In this document: piece by piece, positions 61,808 to 64,000 of the stretch
Numbering within the stretch: the first letter of the stretch is position 1
How the letters are laid out: every line of letters starts with the position of its first letter
Source of the DNA: Narcine bancroftii
Lineage: Eukaryota
Direction: 5' to 3'
DNA length: 64,000 bases
Assembly (NCBI RefSeq): GCF_036971445.1
Contig: NC_091482.1
Coordinates: 46,066,001-46,130,000, forward strand
Notes under the pieces: generated by a model
Database searches by the model: none
What the model was told of the DNA's origin: nothing
Seen by the model: the letters and a program-made list of their open reading frames with translations, nothing else
Made by a program: the position numbers and the translations under genes

Positions 61808-62171
61808 CAGTGGTTCTCAACCTTTTTCTTCCCACTCACATCCCACTTTAAGTATTCCCTCTGCCATCGGTGCTCTGTGATTAGTAAAGGATTGCTTAAG
61901 GTGGGATGTGGATGGAAAGAAAAAGTTTGAAAACCCACTGTTTGAATCGTCCCTGAGTGATGAGGTTTCATCACTCCAAAGGAAATGGACCATGACAATT
62001 TTTCTCAAGCAAAATGTTTCAGTAACAATTGGGTCTCGAGCAGAGATTCTCAACTTTCCCTTTCCACCCACATGCCACCTTAAGCAATCGCTTATTAATC
62101 ACAGAGCACTGATGGCATAGGGATTGCTTAAAGTGGGACGTGGGTGGAAAGAAAAAGGTTGAGAACCATGG
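61808..62171. mobile_element. Palindromic hAT-Charlie MITE
   Basis: TIR CAGTGGTTCTCAACC; perfect TSD GTTTACAC. Confidence 0.85.
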
Positions 62172-62689
62172 GTTTACACACAATTCAACAAATTTTTATT
62201 ATTTTCTCCAGTGAGAATAGGATATAAAAACTGGCATATTAAATTACCCACCTCGTTTCGATTGCTTCTGTAAAGGCTCCAGCTGTGCAGGTAGGAGAGA
62301 AGAAAGAGATGGCTGACAAATGTCACTTTTAGTGACGTATGTGGAGACATTGAACACTGTTGTCAGCTTTGCAAATTAACAACAGTGTTGTCACTTTCAA
62401 TATCAGTACAGCAGCTAATTCCAGGGGGAAATGCTGGGACAGACAGGCCGATACCACCAGCTTCCCTGCTAAAGCACTTAAAGCAGACTTTCTACAAATT
62501 ATTAATAGAATCACAATTGGGGGTTCGGTAGACTTGCTGCCTTCTGGTTATTTTACTTGTTTACTTCCTCTTTGACTGTCTGCCTTCAAGACAAGTTTGT
62601 GTTCATCTGATTGTGCAACCCAACAAAACAGCGTTCTCCAGTACTCGGTGCAAAACACGCAGACACACAACCAGACATAACACACATAC

Positions 62690-64000
62690 TGATGTACCAT
62701 CAATTACTTGAAAGACTATTGTAGAGAAACCATATATATATAAAACCATAAAACAATTATAGTATGGAAACAGGCCATTTCGGCCCCTCTAGTCTGAACT
62801 GATTTAAGTGAACTCCACTAGTCCCACCTACCCGCTCCCTGTCCATATCCCTCCAATCCCTTCACATACATTCACTTAAGAACACAAGGGCATCCCTACT
62901 GTTCGACTGTCCTGCACTGAGTTGCAGGGGGCTGTGGAACAGTCACTTTTAGACAGGAGCCTGTGGGAGGGGCCATAGGTTCTCCGGCCAATAGGTATGC
63001 CTGAGCAAACAATTATACATAACTGTGGTTTACCACATTCACTCCTTCTTTTTAAAAGAAGTCTAGTGGGGTGAAGTGGAAGTTACAAGGTTGTAAATGC
63101 AGTCTTTCTGGTGTTCTGGTCATTCATTGGGACCGTCGTAGTACTGGTTGTGATTGCGGTGCAGCGGCAGGGTCTTGGACGGTCTCAGGCATCTGTATGT
63201 ACTCATCGGTGTGCCAGTGCGTAGGCACCAATGAGTCCGGCGTACCCTCCCTCGGGGCAGATACAGGGTACCGGGGGTCAGGTGCATTGTGTGTGATCCA
63301 TGGTGAGGGGGACAGCCGTGGTCTCCAGGGCCCCTGAGTGAGCCAAGTTCCTGACAGTGTCTTCATGTCCTTCAGGGTATGCCCCATAGGCATATTGGGA
63401 GTTGGCATGAAGGAGGTGGACCCTTTCGACCAGGGGATCAGACACGGTTCCTTACATGCCTCCAGAGTACGACGGGCCCTGGGGGCATCAAGCACACCAG
63501 TTGTGTGGTCCCTGTCACAGATTTCCTGGGAAAGGAAAACAAATGTTAATGTGGTGTGGCATTTGTGGTCGTACATAGCAGGGACCTGATGGAGTGGAGG
63601 GCCTCTGGGAGAACCTCTTGCCAGCGGGAGACTGGGAGACCCTTCGACCGCAATGCTAGAAGGACTGCCTTCCAGACTGTAGCATTCTCCTTCTTCCTGG
63701 GAGTTGTAATTTGTGGTCCTGCTCGTGACAATGCCTCTGACCAACAGGTACTGGCACAGCTTGTCACTCATAGATGGCCCCCGGTCACTGTTGATATAAC
63801 TGGGGAAGCCAAATAGAGTGAAGAGGCTGCGCAGGGCCTTGATGACTGTGGCAGCGGTCATGTTCGAACAGGGATGGCAAATGGAAAACAGGAGTATTCG
63901 TCGATGATGTTAAAAAAATACACATTGCAGTCAGTGGAGGGCAGGGGTGCTTTAAAATCGACACATAGTCGCTCAAAGGGGCAGGTGGCTTTAATTAATT
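62690..64000 (-). mobile_element. Gypsy LTR retrotransposon 3' end (3' LTR about 62690-63036, PPT, integrase), continuing beyond the window
   Basis: Minus PPT AAAGAAGGAGTGAA directly before TGTGGTAAA; LTR contains a small CR1-tail insertion at about 62745-62860. Confidence 0.85.
63124..64000 (-). pseudogene. Gypsy integrase pseudogene
   Basis: DFK..IIDEYS..FAIP, FGFPSYINSDRGPS and WQEVLPEALHSIRSL.TTNATPH motifs spread across frameshifts. Confidence 0.9.

Noticed and set aside
63124-63861. 245-aa ORF as an intact integrase or domesticated gene
   Set aside because: Integrase motifs are split over several frames; it is a decayed Gypsy pol.

Overview
Eukaryotic genomic DNA, almost certainly from a cartilaginous fish (probably a ray or skate), judging by HE1/V-SINEs, elasmobranch-type CR1, Tx1/L1, Rex-Babar and Penelope repeats. 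The only host protein-coding sequence I can support is the first two coding exons of an aquaglyceroporin, most like aqp9, on the + strand (8268-8372 and 10553-10679), preceded by a CpG-rich promoter. I found no exon 3 (first NPA motif) in the remaining 53 kb, so intron 2 appears to run past the window end. The rest is mostly decayed, nested transposable elements: a two-gene Harbinger, a hAT (Tip100/ZMYM1-like) element, hAT MITEs with 8-bp TSDs, many solo LTRs, the 3' end of a Gypsy element, LINE fragments and Penelope ends with hammerhead-like motifs. The most unusual signals are: a 1.46-kb telomere-like GT-rich insert flanked by a 65-bp duplication of host sequence; two L1 insertions with 5' inversions (twin-priming structure) and TSDs; a miniature two-LTR element with an internal inversion; and a tandemly duplicated DR1 nuclear-receptor site beside a FoxA motif in aqp9 intron 2. 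All calls were made by eye, and repeat boundaries without TSDs are approximate.
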